Made by a program: the position numbers and the translations under genes. Of a stretch of 64,000 bases of DNA, positions 33,901-42,700 are shown piece by piece; positions within the stretch are counted from its first letter, which is position 1, and each line of letters begins with the position of its first letter. The stretch lies in sequence record MN655998.1, one strand, 5' to 3'. Origin of the DNA: Escherichia phage E26. The notes under the pieces were generated by a model, which was not told the DNA's origin, searched no databases, and saw only the letters and a program-made list of their open reading frames with translations.

Positions 33901-34488
33901 CTAAATATCTAACCAAGACAAGTCAGATCCGCCCAAGATTTTTTCGACGGCGGATCTATTTTCTTGATGATATAAGTTAAAACATGGTATCCCATGTCTA
34001 CGGGCAACATAAACAGCAATTCTAGTTCCTCCCGAAACGATTCCATTAACTTCTTTCGCCCAGAATATCACACAATCTACAGGATCATCAAGTGTCTCAC
34101 CTAAGACTTGAGCAACATTTCTAGAAAACAGATTTTGCATGTATAACGGTATAGAACGAGGATTATCATAAACGTGTTCTAATTCATCCATCGCCAGATT
34201 TTTTTGTTCTAAGGTTTGCCATGCAATCACATCATGACCGTTATGCTTGTGGTCATAAAACTTCCAATTTGGAATGAAAATTTTTCTATAATCTGGATCG
34301 TAATACTTCATGAAAGCATTGTCCATACCGTAAGCCCCTCCAGAATGCGCTACAACGCGATTTTCTGACAATACCCTCCCAATGGTACTAGCCATTATCA
34401 AAATGTCGCTAGGCGCTTTTCTAGAGCCTATTAAAGCACATCTACGAAGTGGTTTTACTCCAAATAGATCTTGTAACTGGTCAAACAT
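33901..34488 (-). CDS. DprA/Smf-like (SLOG-type Rossmann fold) protein
   Basis: 195 aa; ALIGSRKAP...VVAHSGGAYGMDNAF fits the GSR / SGxAxGxD pattern of DprA-type domains; GGAGG RBS. Confidence 0.45.
   Translation of the reverse strand: MFDQLQDLFGVKPLRRCALIGSRKAPSDILIMASTIGRVLSENRVVAHSGGAYGMDNAFMKYYDPDYRKIFIPNWKFYDHKHNGHDVIAWQTLEQKNLAMDELEHVYDNPRSIPLYMQNLFSRNVAQVLGETLDDPVDCVIFWAKEVNGIVSGGTRIAVYVARRHGIPCFNLYHQENRSAVEKILGGSDLSWLDI
33925..33965 (+). terminator. terminator-like hairpin for gene 24, lying inside the 3' end of the convergent gene
   Basis: AGATCCGCC / GGCGGATCT 9-bp stem followed by ATTTTCTT. Confidence 0.45.
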
Positions 34489-34641
34489 AATATTTCCTCC
34501 ATAGAAAGCAATATCATACTACAAGTTAATAACAAATACAAGTATCCGCGTAGCGGAAGCGAGCACAGCGAGCAATAAAACACTTCCAGTAATTGATTAA
34601 TAAATGTTCGAAACAAATTTTTATTATTCTATAAGATAAGT

Positions 34642-34666
34642 CTTCGTTTTGATCATAATTTAATCA
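34642..34666 (+). repeat. direct repeat copy 1 (CTTCGTTTTGATCATAATTTAATCA)
   Basis: 25-nt exact copy; flanking bases also similar. Confidence 0.7.
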
Positions 34667-34791
34667 TACATGTAAAAAACTACACAAAAGGATATCGCTT
34701 CGCGAACTCCTACGGAGTATAACATTTGTGTTACAATATGTAGTGATTAATAATTAACCAAAGATACATTTTCTATGTTCTAAAGATCTTT

Positions 34792-34816
34792 CTTCGTTTT
34801 GATCATAATTTAATCA
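34792..34816 (+). repeat. direct repeat copy 2 (CTTCGTTTTGATCATAATTTAATCA)
   Basis: identical 25-mer 150 bp downstream of copy 1. Confidence 0.7.
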
Positions 34817-34868
34817 AACAGTATTAATATTGTGCACATGTAAACTAAAATTATGTTAATAACATATA

Positions 34869-34894
34869 CAAAAAAGCCGCCCCGAAGGACGGCT
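34869..34894 (-). terminator. rho-independent terminator (UUCG tetraloop) after the 145-aa gene
   Basis: minus strand AGCCGUCC-UUCG-GGGCGGCU then U-run. Confidence 0.65.
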
Positions 34895-34902
34895 AATGTT
34901 AA

Positions 34903-35340
34903 TTATTTGTTGATAACGATCTGATTTCGGCGAATGGTAACATTACTCTTAGAGATGATCAGATCATCCGGCACTACGTTAGTTTTGTATGGCTGGAAGC
35001 GAACAAGCATCTGATTGCGTTTAGACCCTTCCTTAATCTTGATTTCCATCTGGATATTGTTGCCTACGTGAGCAACCGCAATTTCACCTTTATTCTCATA
35101 GACCAACTTGCTGGTAACGTCTCCTGCAAAAGCCTTAATAACTTGCAATGCTTCGTCGTATGCGGTAGAGCTGTGAACTTTCAGAAGGCCAGCCGTAGCA
35201 AGACGGGAGCAAGTGATCGCCGGAGATTGCCAAACATCAACATTAATTTGCTCAATCAGAGTAACACCGCCCTGATCAACTGCTTTGAATGCTTCAAACA
35301 TTGCCTTTTTCATTGCTACGTGGTTTTTACGGAATTTCAT
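34903..35340 (-). CDS. hypothetical protein
   Basis: 145-aa ORF with GAGGTGA RBS; no recognisable motif. Confidence 0.55.
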   Translation of the reverse strand: MKFRKNHVAMKKAMFEAFKAVDQGGVTLIEQINVDVWQSPAITCSRLATAGLLKVHSSTAYDEALQVIKAFAGDVTSKLVYENKGEIAVAHVGNNIQMEIKIKEGSKRNQMLVRFQPYKTNVVPDDLIISKSNVTIRRNQIVINK

Positions 35341-35386
35341 AATTAGTCACCTCTATTGATTAGTTATTCAAAATATTAATTACAAA

Positions 35387-35662
35387 TCAGGACATTGCCC
35401 GTTTGAATGCGTCCATTATAACAGTGTTATTTGGCTTGTCAACACGTTTTTGAACTTTATTTTTAAATTTTTTGTTGATGTGGTGTTTACGATAAACAAC
35501 CTTTTCACGGTTGGCGTAAGCCTCGCGTGCGTCTTTTACCATCAACCATGCCTTAGCCGCATCTTGTCCGCTGATCCCGCCAATCTTCTTAGCAATATCA
35601 ACAAAATTAAGACCGTGGTCTTCGCGTAGCATGTAAACCATTAACGCTGTTTTCTTGTCCAT
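35387..35662 (-). CDS. hypothetical protein (91 aa), possible HTH
   Basis: ATG overlaps the upstream TGA (ATGA); ORF-track start at 35770 has no RBS. Confidence 0.5.
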   Translation of the reverse strand: MDKKTALMVYMLREDHGLNFVDIAKKIGGISGQDAAKAWLMVKDAREAYANREKVVYRKHHINKKFKNKVQKRVDKPNNTVIMDAFKRAMS

Positions 35663-35859
35663 CACTTCGCCCCATTGACGATTAACAGGATAGTGATCAG
35701 TACCGGAAACTGGATCATGACAGTACCAAAAAACCGGATAAACGCATTTTCCGACTTCCACACATGACATGCGACTAGCTGATAGACCATTGTTGCAACC
35801 AAAGCCAGAAAATACATCTCGATTGGTGCTTCTTTGATCAATCGTACAATCTCATTCAT
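35662..35859 (-). CDS. small hydrophobic (membrane) protein
   Basis: 65 aa with one or two predicted transmembrane stretches. Confidence 0.45.
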   Translation of the reverse strand: MNEIVRLIKEAPIEMYFLALVATMVYQLVACHVWKSENAFIRFFGTVMIQFPVLITILLIVNGAK

Positions 35860-35985
35860 ACTTCACCTCATACATTCATAAACACAACAACGAATAATAC
35901 AGTAACAGTTATCAACGCCATTTTCAACCCCATATTCATAATATTTTCTTCGCCTCACGATGACAGTAGCATGTCGATGCGTGCC

Positions 35986-36013
35986 ATTATAGGCATCTAA
36001 ATCGCTCTGTCAA
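35986..36013 (-). promoter_or_regulatory. sigma70-type promoter for the 65-aa/91-aa gene pair
   Basis: minus strand TTGACA, 16-bp spacer, TATAAT, just downstream of the hoc terminator. Confidence 0.5.
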
Positions 36014-36023
36014 GCACTAAAAA

Positions 36024-36049
36024 CAAAAAAGCCACCCCGAAGGATGGCT
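36024..36049 (-). terminator. rho-independent terminator after hoc (paralog of 34869..34894)
   Basis: minus strand AGCCAUCC-UUCG-GGGUGGCU then UUUUUU. Confidence 0.65.
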
Positions 36050-36060
36050 GATAGATTTCA

Positions 36061-37275
36061 TTAAGCAGGATGCGTTTCACGAATGCATAGAACTCGCTCT
36101 AACGTATCTCGGTCCAGTTTATGTAAATCTTTGGAATGATACATGAAACCATTGCGAGATTCCATGCAAGTGCAATCACTATATTTTTCTTCCGCTGCCG
36201 CGATTGTCTCCAGATCTTTGGCGTACTTGCTGGTAGAATAAACTTCTCGGTCACGCCACTCTAACCCAGCCTCATTGAATTTAACAATCTCGTCAAATAC
36301 CCACCATCCAATGTAGATAAATGAAGTTTTGCGCCACGGGATCGGGTGTACGTAACGAAACATTTTAACAACTTCCATTGAACATTTTCTACTTGTACTT
36401 GTTGCAACTTCTACTGTTTCATTTTCGATCTGTTGATATAGTTTAGCAACACACCAGAATTTGGCTGTGTCATCGTAAGTAGCACTCTCTTTGAACAGAT
36501 GACCGTCTGGAGTGATAGAAAATCCTTCCTGTGCTTCGCCGACCTCATTACCGATCAGAGTCGGTGACAGTTGCCCTTCGCGCTGCAAATACCAGTTATG
36601 TTTGATCGTCAATTCAGGCATACCGCTAGAATCGCCTACAATGTCCTCTGACACAACATAATTAAGTAAGATCTCATTACCTAGTGCCACGGTCTTTGAT
36701 TCCACCACATCCTGTTCTACGTTCATTGTTGCCAGCATGATTTTAGTCGATGCGCTATTGGCTGAATCTTCCGACTCACCCCACACTTTTACAGTATACA
36801 CGCCGTTTTTATCTGCTGTAAATTTTTGGATTGTAATATCCTGTTTTGTGTCTATAACTTCTTCGCCCTTACTCCAACTATAATGTAGTTCATAGTTGTC
36901 TGATGGAGTCTTCCCACCAGAAAAATTTACTGTTGCATGTAATTCTACGTCTGTTTGTGATGATACGTAGAAATGCTGCGGTTCGGTGATATTTACGATT
37001 AATTCCGCTTCTTCCATGAGGAAAACTTCAGATTCTACTGATGTCGTCGTATCGGTATCTTGTACCGTTACTTTATAGCTACCCGCATTTTCACTTGTTG
37101 CGCCTTCTACAGTTAGCGTAGCTGTGTTATTTTCATGCGGTTGGTCGTCTTTTGTCCATGTATATGTCAAATTGCTGGGTAATGGTTCGTCACCCTCTAC
37201 AGTCGCCGTTAAGGTGAAACCATCGCCAGCAAGAAAACATCTTTTGTCAGATTTAATTGATACTGTGAAAGCCAT
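36061..37275 (-). CDS. hoc: outer capsid decoration protein Hoc
   Basis: 404 aa; Ig-like domain repeats plus C-terminal capsid-binding motif (YVHPIPWRK..GWWVFDEI..ESRNGF) as T4 Hoc. Confidence 0.85.
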   Translation of the reverse strand: MAFTVSIKSDKRCFLAGDGFTLTATVEGDEPLPSNLTYTWTKDDQPHENNTATLTVEGATSENAGSYKVTVQDTDTTTSVESEVFLMEEAELIVNITEPQHFYVSSQTDVELHATVNFSGGKTPSDNYELHYSWSKGEEVIDTKQDITIQKFTADKNGVYTVKVWGESEDSANSASTKIMLATMNVEQDVVESKTVALGNEILLNYVVSEDIVGDSSGMPELTIKHNWYLQREGQLSPTLIGNEVGEAQEGFSITPDGHLFKESATYDDTAKFWCVAKLYQQIENETVEVATSTSRKCSMEVVKMFRYVHPIPWRKTSFIYIGWWVFDEIVKFNEAGLEWRDREVYSTSKYAKDLETIAAAEEKYSDCTCMESRNGFMYHSKDLHKLDRDTLERVLCIRETHPA

Positions 37276-37470
37276 ATAAAGCCACTCCCATCGAAAATCC
37301 GAATTTAATTAATTGAAATAGTTGATTGTCATCAACCAGATAACCATTGCGAGATTCCAATACATGAGTATTAGAATAGTGATGCAACGAGGCCGAAATA
37401 GTATCGATCTCGTCTGGGTATTTGTTCTGTTTGATGTAATACATTGATTTTGTTAGACATGTAGTATCCT
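37253..37470 (-). pseudogene. remnant of a duplicated hoc C-terminal segment
   Basis: 16-nt identity with hoc (CCATTGCGAGATTCCA); encodes HVLESRNGY like the Hoc tail; the only RBS-ATG is in another frame. Confidence 0.45.
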
Positions 37471-37540
37471 CTTTTTAATTGCATAACGGAACTACAATTA
37501 AAATTATAACAAATATTTCACAACTTTTATCACCCAAAAA

Positions 37541-38266
37541 TTACTTGAGTGTGTGGAATTGGCTATGTTTAGTCTCTCGCACCTTGACAGACCCATCGCG
37601 TTTGATATAATAGATCAGTGACTTGAGGGTGTCGTGTACATACGCGTGCGGGAAACGCTCTGGATACTTCTTCCAATCTGGAGTATTAACGATCCAGTCG
37701 AAAATCCACCACGGGCAGGAGTAGTAACCACGACCGCCACCGATCAAGCAAATGGTCGGACGGAAGCCAGTAAGATCGCAAAATGAATCAGTGTCATGTG
37801 ATGGGGAACGATGTTCTGCTTCGTCAGAGAAAATGTTTGCTACCGGAGATTTCACTTTAACTTCCGGTGCTTCTTCAACATCTGACTTAACTTCTTCGAC
37901 CACTGGTTCAACTGCTGGAGATTCTTCTTTTGTTTCTTCAATGACGATCTCAGTTTCTTTCATTGCTTCAACCAGAGACGGGTCAACTTCGTCGAATACC
38001 ACTTTATCATCTGCGGTGTCTGCTGCCAGAATAAGATCGTTAATACTGGTTCCTTCTGCCGGAGTTTCTTCTTCCATTTCGGAAGCCAGTTTAGTTAATT
38101 CGGTTTCTACGAACTCGATCATGTTCTCTAGTGATAAAGTCTTTTTGACCTTAATATCAAATTGTTTTGCGTAGTCAGCTAATTCTGTTTTAGCTGTTTT
38201 CTGTGCTTCTTTGTCGTCGGACGCCGCAATAGCGCGGAGTTCTTCGAAATATTCTTTATCAAACAT
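37541..38266 (-). CDS. inh: Inh-like protein (prohead protease inhibitor) sharing the Hoc-type C-terminal motif
   Basis: 241 aa; acidic centre; C-terminal PWWIFDWIV resembles Hoc GWWVFDEIV; position after hoc as in T4. Confidence 0.55.
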   Translation of the reverse strand: MFDKEYFEELRAIAASDDKEAQKTAKTELADYAKQFDIKVKKTLSLENMIEFVETELTKLASEMEEETPAEGTSINDLILAADTADDKVVFDEVDPSLVEAMKETEIVIEETKEESPAVEPVVEEVKSDVEEAPEVKVKSPVANIFSDEAEHRSPSHDTDSFCDLTGFRPTICLIGGGRGYYSCPWWIFDWIVNTPDWKKYPERFPHAYVHDTLKSLIYYIKRDGSVKVRETKHSQFHTLK

Positions 38267-38292
38267 GTTATTCTCCTGATTGGGGGTGTTTG

Positions 38293-38300
38293 TATAAATA
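38293..38300 (+). promoter_or_regulatory. TATAAATA late-promoter-like box upstream of uvsW
   Basis: exact TATAAATA 36 nt upstream of the uvsW ATG. Confidence 0.4.
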
Positions 38301-38336
38301 TTTGTATACTGTATTTATTGAGTGAGGCTATTCGCT

Positions 38337-39839
38337 ATGCAAGATATTAAAATTCACTTTCTGAACTACTCCCATGTTCAAATTGAATGTAGCGATTCAA
38401 TTTTATTAGAAATGCGAGATTATTTTAGTTTTGAAGTCGAGGGAGCGCGGTTCCAAAAAAGATTTAAGTATGGTGGATGGGATGGGCGTATTCGTCTTTT
38501 AGATTACAACGGAAAGCTGCCAATCGGCCTAACTAAAACCGTGGGAATCTTCGCTAAAAATATGGGCTATAGCGTATGGGTAGATCCTCGCTTATTCGAA
38601 AAAGAACAAGTTACAGAAGAAGAAATTACAAAATGGTGTAATGACTTAGAATTATATTCCGGTGCTAACAGGATCACCCCGCACTGGTATCAATCAAAGG
38701 CTGTCTTTGAAGGTATTCATCATAAACGCCGTATGTTAGTTTTGCCTACGTCCGCTGGTAAATCTGCGATTGCTTGTATGTTGTCTCGTTGGTACTTAGA
38801 GAACTACGAAGGGAAAGTGCTGATCATCGTTCCTACCACGTCGCTAGTGCTGCAAATGCGTGATGATTTTGTTGATTATCGCCAGTTTCCTTATGAAGCA
38901 ATTCATACTATCATGAGCGGTACTAGTAAACACGTAGGTGATCGCCTGATCGTTGTTAGTACGTGGCAATCAGCATGTAAACAGCCTCGTGAGTGGTTCC
39001 AACAATTCGGGATGGTTATTGTTGACGAATGTCACAAGGCTACTGCTAAAAACCTGCTAAACATCGTTACTGATATGGATCATTGCCAGTTTAAGATCGG
39101 CATGACTGGTTCCCCTCGTGACGGGAAAGCTAACATGATGCAGTATGTCGGGCTTTTCGGTGATATTTCTAAGATCGTGAGTATTGACCGCCTGATGGAA
39201 GAAGGGCAGGTGACAAAACTGAAAATTAACTGTCTTTTCCTTCGTTATACCGATGAGGAATGTAGCGCGGTTAAGGGTAGAGAATATGCGGAAGAGATCA
39301 AGTATATTACGTCTAACCCACGACGAAATAAGTTTGCTTGTAATTTGGCGCTAAAACTCGCTAAGAAGGGCGAAAACGTATTCCTGATGTTCCGCAATAC
39401 TAAGCACGGAAAACTTATGTATGATGCGTTACAGAAGGTACACGACAAGGTTTATTATATTGACGGTGGAGTTAAGACAGAAGAACGTGATGAATTTAAG
39501 AAAATGGCGGAGGGTGACACCGGGATCATTTGTGTTGCGTCTTATGGTGTGTTCTCTACTGGTGTTTCAATTAAGAATTTGCACCATGTTATTTTCGGTC
39601 ATCCAGTGAAGGAATCAACTATCGTTCGTCAGAGTATCGGTCGTGCATTGCGTAAACATGGTTCTAAGGATATTGCAACGGTCTGGGATCTTATCGATCA
39701 TCTGGCGGTGAAGACAAAGAGCAAGAATGCTAAGAAACAGTTTAGTCACCTTAATTATGCTCTTAAACATGCCCTTGAAAGAATAAAAATTTACAACACC
39801 GATCGATTCGAATATGTCACGAAAACCATCGAGATTTAA
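38337..39839 (+). CDS. uvsW: UvsW DNA/RNA helicase
   Basis: 500 aa from ATG; helicase motifs LPTSAGKS and DECH; N-terminus as T4 UvsW; ORF-track start at 38322 is GTG. Confidence 0.9.
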   Translation: MQDIKIHFLNYSHVQIECSDSILLEMRDYFSFEVEGARFQKRFKYGGWDGRIRLLDYNGKLPIGLTKTVGIFAKNMGYSVWVDPRLFEKEQVTEEEITKWCNDLELYSGANRITPHWYQSKAVFEGIHHKRRMLVLPTSAGKSAIACMLSRWYLENYEGKVLIIVPTTSLVLQMRDDFVDYRQFPYEAIHTIMSGTSKHVGDRLIVVSTWQSACKQPREWFQQFGMVIVDECHKATAKNLLNIVTDMDHCQFKIGMTGSPRDGKANMMQYVGLFGDISKIVSIDRLMEEGQVTKLKINCLFLRYTDEECSAVKGREYAEEIKYITSNPRRNKFACNLALKLAKKGENVFLMFRNTKHGKLMYDALQKVHDKVYYIDGGVKTEERDEFKKMAEGDTGIICVASYGVFSTGVSIKNLHHVIFGHPVKESTIVRQSIGRALRKHGSKDIATVWDLIDHLAVKTKSKNAKKQFSHLNYALKHALERIKIYNTDRFEYVTKTIEI

Positions 39840-39845
39840 TAAATA

Positions 39846-39867
39846 GGGACTTTAATGTCCCTTTATT
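39846..39867 (+). terminator. stem-loop after uvsW (leaky terminator)
   Basis: GGGAC-TTTAAT-GTCCC followed by TTTATT. Confidence 0.45.
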
Positions 39868-39882
39868 CTACGGAGATTAAAA

Positions 39883-40119
39883 ATGATTAGCTTTAAACGT
39901 TTTTTGGTTGAGGCCGCTATTGACGGTTTCATGAGTAAGATTTATTCTTGTAATACTATCGAGGGATTAAATGAACTTGAGGCATATTATGAGAAGCGCA
40001 AGAAAGAAACAGAATTGAAACCTGCTGATGATATTTCGATCCGTGATGCCATCGCTGGACGCCGTAAGCAATTGGAAGCGGACAACGAGCCAGAAGAGGA
40101 GCCGGAAGAGGATTTTTAA
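39883..40119 (+). CDS. uvsW.1: UvsW.1-like small acidic protein
   Basis: 78 aa, acidic C-terminus, directly after uvsW. Confidence 0.6.
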   Translation: MISFKRFLVEAAIDGFMSKIYSCNTIEGLNELEAYYEKRKKETELKPADDISIRDAIAGRRKQLEADNEPEEEPEEDF

Positions 40120-40124
40120 GATAT

Positions 40125-40149
40125 AAAAAAGCCCCATCATTGATGGGGC
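40125..40149 (-). terminator. rho-independent terminator at the end of the uvsY operon
   Basis: minus strand hairpin GCCCCA..TGGGGC followed by UUUUUU. Confidence 0.55.
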
Positions 40150-40182
40150 AAAATAAACCAATTAAAATCGGTTATCAACAAA

Positions 40183-40359
40183 TTACATTAACAGCATTGT
40201 TTGCTCTACGAGTTGTTCTTGTTCTTCGCCGTTCGCATCTTCACTAATCGAACGTTCTGTTACTAGCTGTAAGCAGTAGCCAGTGTGAACAACGCCGTTT
40301 TCTGTCTGGACGGCTAACGCATCCTCGACAGGTTGTTTACAACAAATACAGATTTTCAT
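40183..40359 (-). CDS. small Cys-rich protein (uvsY.-2 position)
   Basis: 58 aa, MKICICCKQ..., GGAGG RBS; below ORF-track cutoff. Confidence 0.45.
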   Translation of the reverse strand: MKICICCKQPVEDALAVQTENGVVHTGYCLQLVTERSISEDANGEEQEQLVEQTMLLM

Positions 40360-40379
40360 AAAATTCCTCCTGTATGTAT

Positions 40380-40787
40380 TTAGCGACCAGATTCCAGCAT
40401 ACGCAATTCTATAGCATTCTTGATCGCAAATCCACGAGATTTAACGATATCAAGTGCGCGACCAGCGAAATCCATTACCATCTGGTAATATGCAATTTTC
40501 GTATCAAGTGGTAAGATCTCGTCGTCTGCTGCCATGACAACTTTCAATTCTGATTTCTCATACTCAGCGCGACACCAGTCATCACTACGATTAGTGTAAA
40601 AGTCAAGACGATTTTTCATAGCCTTTTTCTTTTTAGCCTCAAGAGCAATCGTCTCTCTTTTCGCCTCGCTGTAAATCCTTAACCACTTTGAGTATACTAC
40701 CGGATTATTCAGCGCCTCCCATTGCAACTTAGTCGCATCGATCTTCATGTCAGCTTCTAATTGTTCTTTCAAATCGTTTAGGTCCAT
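40380..40787 (-). CDS. uvsY: recombination mediator UvsY
   Basis: 135 aa; KSRGFAIK and LDFYTNR motifs as T4 UvsY. Confidence 0.9.
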   Translation of the reverse strand: MDLNDLKEQLEADMKIDATKLQWEALNNPVVYSKWLRIYSEAKRETIALEAKKKKAMKNRLDFYTNRSDDWCRAEYEKSELKVVMAADDEILPLDTKIAYYQMVMDFAGRALDIVKSRGFAIKNAIELRMLESGR

Positions 40788-40834
40788 AATATCCCCTTAT
40801 TCACACTAAGACCTATATCATATCACACACAAAA

Positions 40835-41221
40835 TCACTTTGCAAGTCTTATGCGTAGTTGTTCAAGATCATCTGGGTTATCTATTACTGAAAAGTAGAT
40901 TGATACTATGATTGAGTTATCGTCGTACTGCGGAGTTACTTCTACTGTCAGGTTTCGGACCCGTGGTTCATAGTTTCGGATCGCCTCATTGATGTTTTTT
41001 GATAAGGTATCCACTGTCAGTGGGTTCATGTTCTCAAACAGTGATTTATTGAGATCGCATCCAAACAGTGGATCAAATGGACGAGATCCCTTGCGAGTAG
41101 TAACGATCAGTAGAATAGAATCCTTAACCGCTTTAATCCCTATGTTCTTTTTAACGTCGTTATTCCACGATCTGGATATATTGAGATCCAAATCAGTATA
41201 CATCTGATTAATAGTTGCCAT
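40835..41221 (-). CDS. 25: baseplate wedge protein gp25
   Basis: 128 aa from ATG (MATINQMYTDLDL); TTRKGSRPFDP and SVIDNPDD motifs; ORF-track start at 41233 is TTG. Confidence 0.88.
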   Translation of the reverse strand: MATINQMYTDLDLNISRSWNNDVKKNIGIKAVKDSILLIVTTRKGSRPFDPLFGCDLNKSLFENMNPLTVDTLSKNINEAIRNYEPRVRNLTVEVTPQYDDNSIIVSIYFSVIDNPDDLEQLRIRLAK

Positions 41222-41229
41222 GTTATACC

Positions 41230-41859
41230 TCAAAGAATTTTAAGGAAACTGGATAGACCTGATAATGAATATACACCAGATTCCCCGCATTCGCACTTGA
41301 TCGGTACTGCCAGCGTGATTTGATTTCTTGTTAGCTCGTCGATCACTTCTTCCACTTTATCCGTGGTAAGCATATCCAGCACGCGGTCAAAGTCCTGTGC
41401 GTTCAGGTCGTCTATATTGAATTGCTGATCGCCGATCACGATATATTCGATACATGCAATTACCATCTGCATAATATCAACATCTTCTGTAAACTTAGGT
41501 TGACGAAACTTGATTTTTACTTGTCCTAAGTCCAGAATATACGGTTCAACTTCTGGTATCTGTGTGCGTGAAACATCAAGAGAATATACTTTCTCTTTAT
41601 TGCATACACCGCATACCCAAGTAGCATCAATTTTCATCTTATTGAGGCTGTGACACCATAAGAGAAGAAAAATATATTCTGCTTCGCATTTCTCTAGCTC
41701 TAATGCATTGATCCCCGTACATTCATGTATGATCTCTATAACAACCTCTGACAGCTTGCCAGTCTCTTTTGCTGCTACCAGTTTTTGAAATTCGCCGAAG
41801 GTGAAAGCACGGGCGTGTATCAACTTTTCGCCTAATTGGATCTTGAAAAAGTATTGCAT
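41230..41859 (-). CDS. 26: baseplate hub protein gp26
   Basis: 209 aa; size and position upstream of gp25 as T4 gp26. Confidence 0.75.
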   Translation of the reverse strand: MQYFFKIQLGEKLIHARAFTFGEFQKLVAAKETGKLSEVVIEIIHECTGINALELEKCEAEYIFLLLWCHSLNKMKIDATWVCGVCNKEKVYSLDVSRTQIPEVEPYILDLGQVKIKFRQPKFTEDVDIMQMVIACIEYIVIGDQQFNIDDLNAQDFDRVLDMLTTDKVEEVIDELTRNQITLAVPIKCECGESGVYSLSGLSSFLKIL

Positions 41860-41901
41860 AATAAAACACCCTTTATAAACACATAGAATTATTTAGTATT
41901 T

Positions 41902-41909
41902 TATAAATA
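41902..41909 (+). promoter_or_regulatory. T4-type late promoter box (TATAAATA) for gene 51
   Basis: exact TATAAATA 20 nt upstream of the gp51 ATG. Confidence 0.55.
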
Positions 41910-41929
41910 CCCGAAAGGGGGATTATACC

Positions 41930-42700
41930 ATGAATATTATCCGAATAAAACTACCGGAAGGTGTGCAGAGATTTAAACCATTCACGGTAAAAGATTATAG
42001 AGATTTCCTTCTGGTGTCAACTGAAATTAAGATGAATCCAGAAGAAGAACAAACGATTCTTGATGAGCTATTAGAAGAAATATATCCAGAAGTAGATCCT
42101 GCATTTCGTGAATATATTTTCCTGAATGTCTTTACTAGTTCAATTGGTAAAACTAAGATACCGCTTTGTTTTACTTGCCCGACTTGCAACAAAGAAAGAA
42201 AAATGTTGCTTAACTTACAGATTGAAGCACTAAAACCAATCGTTCTGGAGGCCGCAGGGCTTAAAATAACTTTCCGGTATGTGAAACCATCAACCGACTA
42301 TGCAAAAACGTTTCTAGATGCGATAGAGCGTGTATCTGATGGTATTAATGATTATCTATGGACTGAATTACCGGAAGAAGTTAGAGAACAGGTTATCGAT
42401 TCAATCTCATTTGCTGAATTTGAAGAAGTTGTTAAGCAGATGCACACGATCAAGATCGAACAAAAGATATCTTGTTGTGAAAGTCATGATCTAAAATACA
42501 TAGGTCTTCTTCCATTATTCAAATTGTTGTTGAATCCAGATGAGTTATTCATCTTTTATCGAATAAACCATCTATTGGCAAAATCAAATTATTCTATCAG
42601 TGATCTTATGGATATGTTACCGATTGAGAGAAACATTGCATTGACACTGGTCGAGAAAGACGTAAAAGAGGCAAACAATGCAAAGAACGGGGTTTCCTAA
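41930..42700 (+). CDS. 51: baseplate hub assembly protein gp51
   Basis: 256 aa; divergent from gp26, precedes gp27. Confidence 0.7.
   Translation: MNIIRIKLPEGVQRFKPFTVKDYRDFLLVSTEIKMNPEEEQTILDELLEEIYPEVDPAFREYIFLNVFTSSIGKTKIPLCFTCPTCNKERKMLLNLQIEALKPIVLEAAGLKITFRYVKPSTDYAKTFLDAIERVSDGINDYLWTELPEEVREQVIDSISFAEFEEVVKQMHTIKIEQKISCCESHDLKYIGLLPLFKLLLNPDELFIFYRINHLLAKSNYSISDLMDMLPIERNIALTLVEKDVKEANNAKNGVS

Noticed and set aside
37752-38174. 140-aa Ser/Thr-rich ORF on the + strand
   Set aside because: Antisense to the acidic inh gene; composition artefact.
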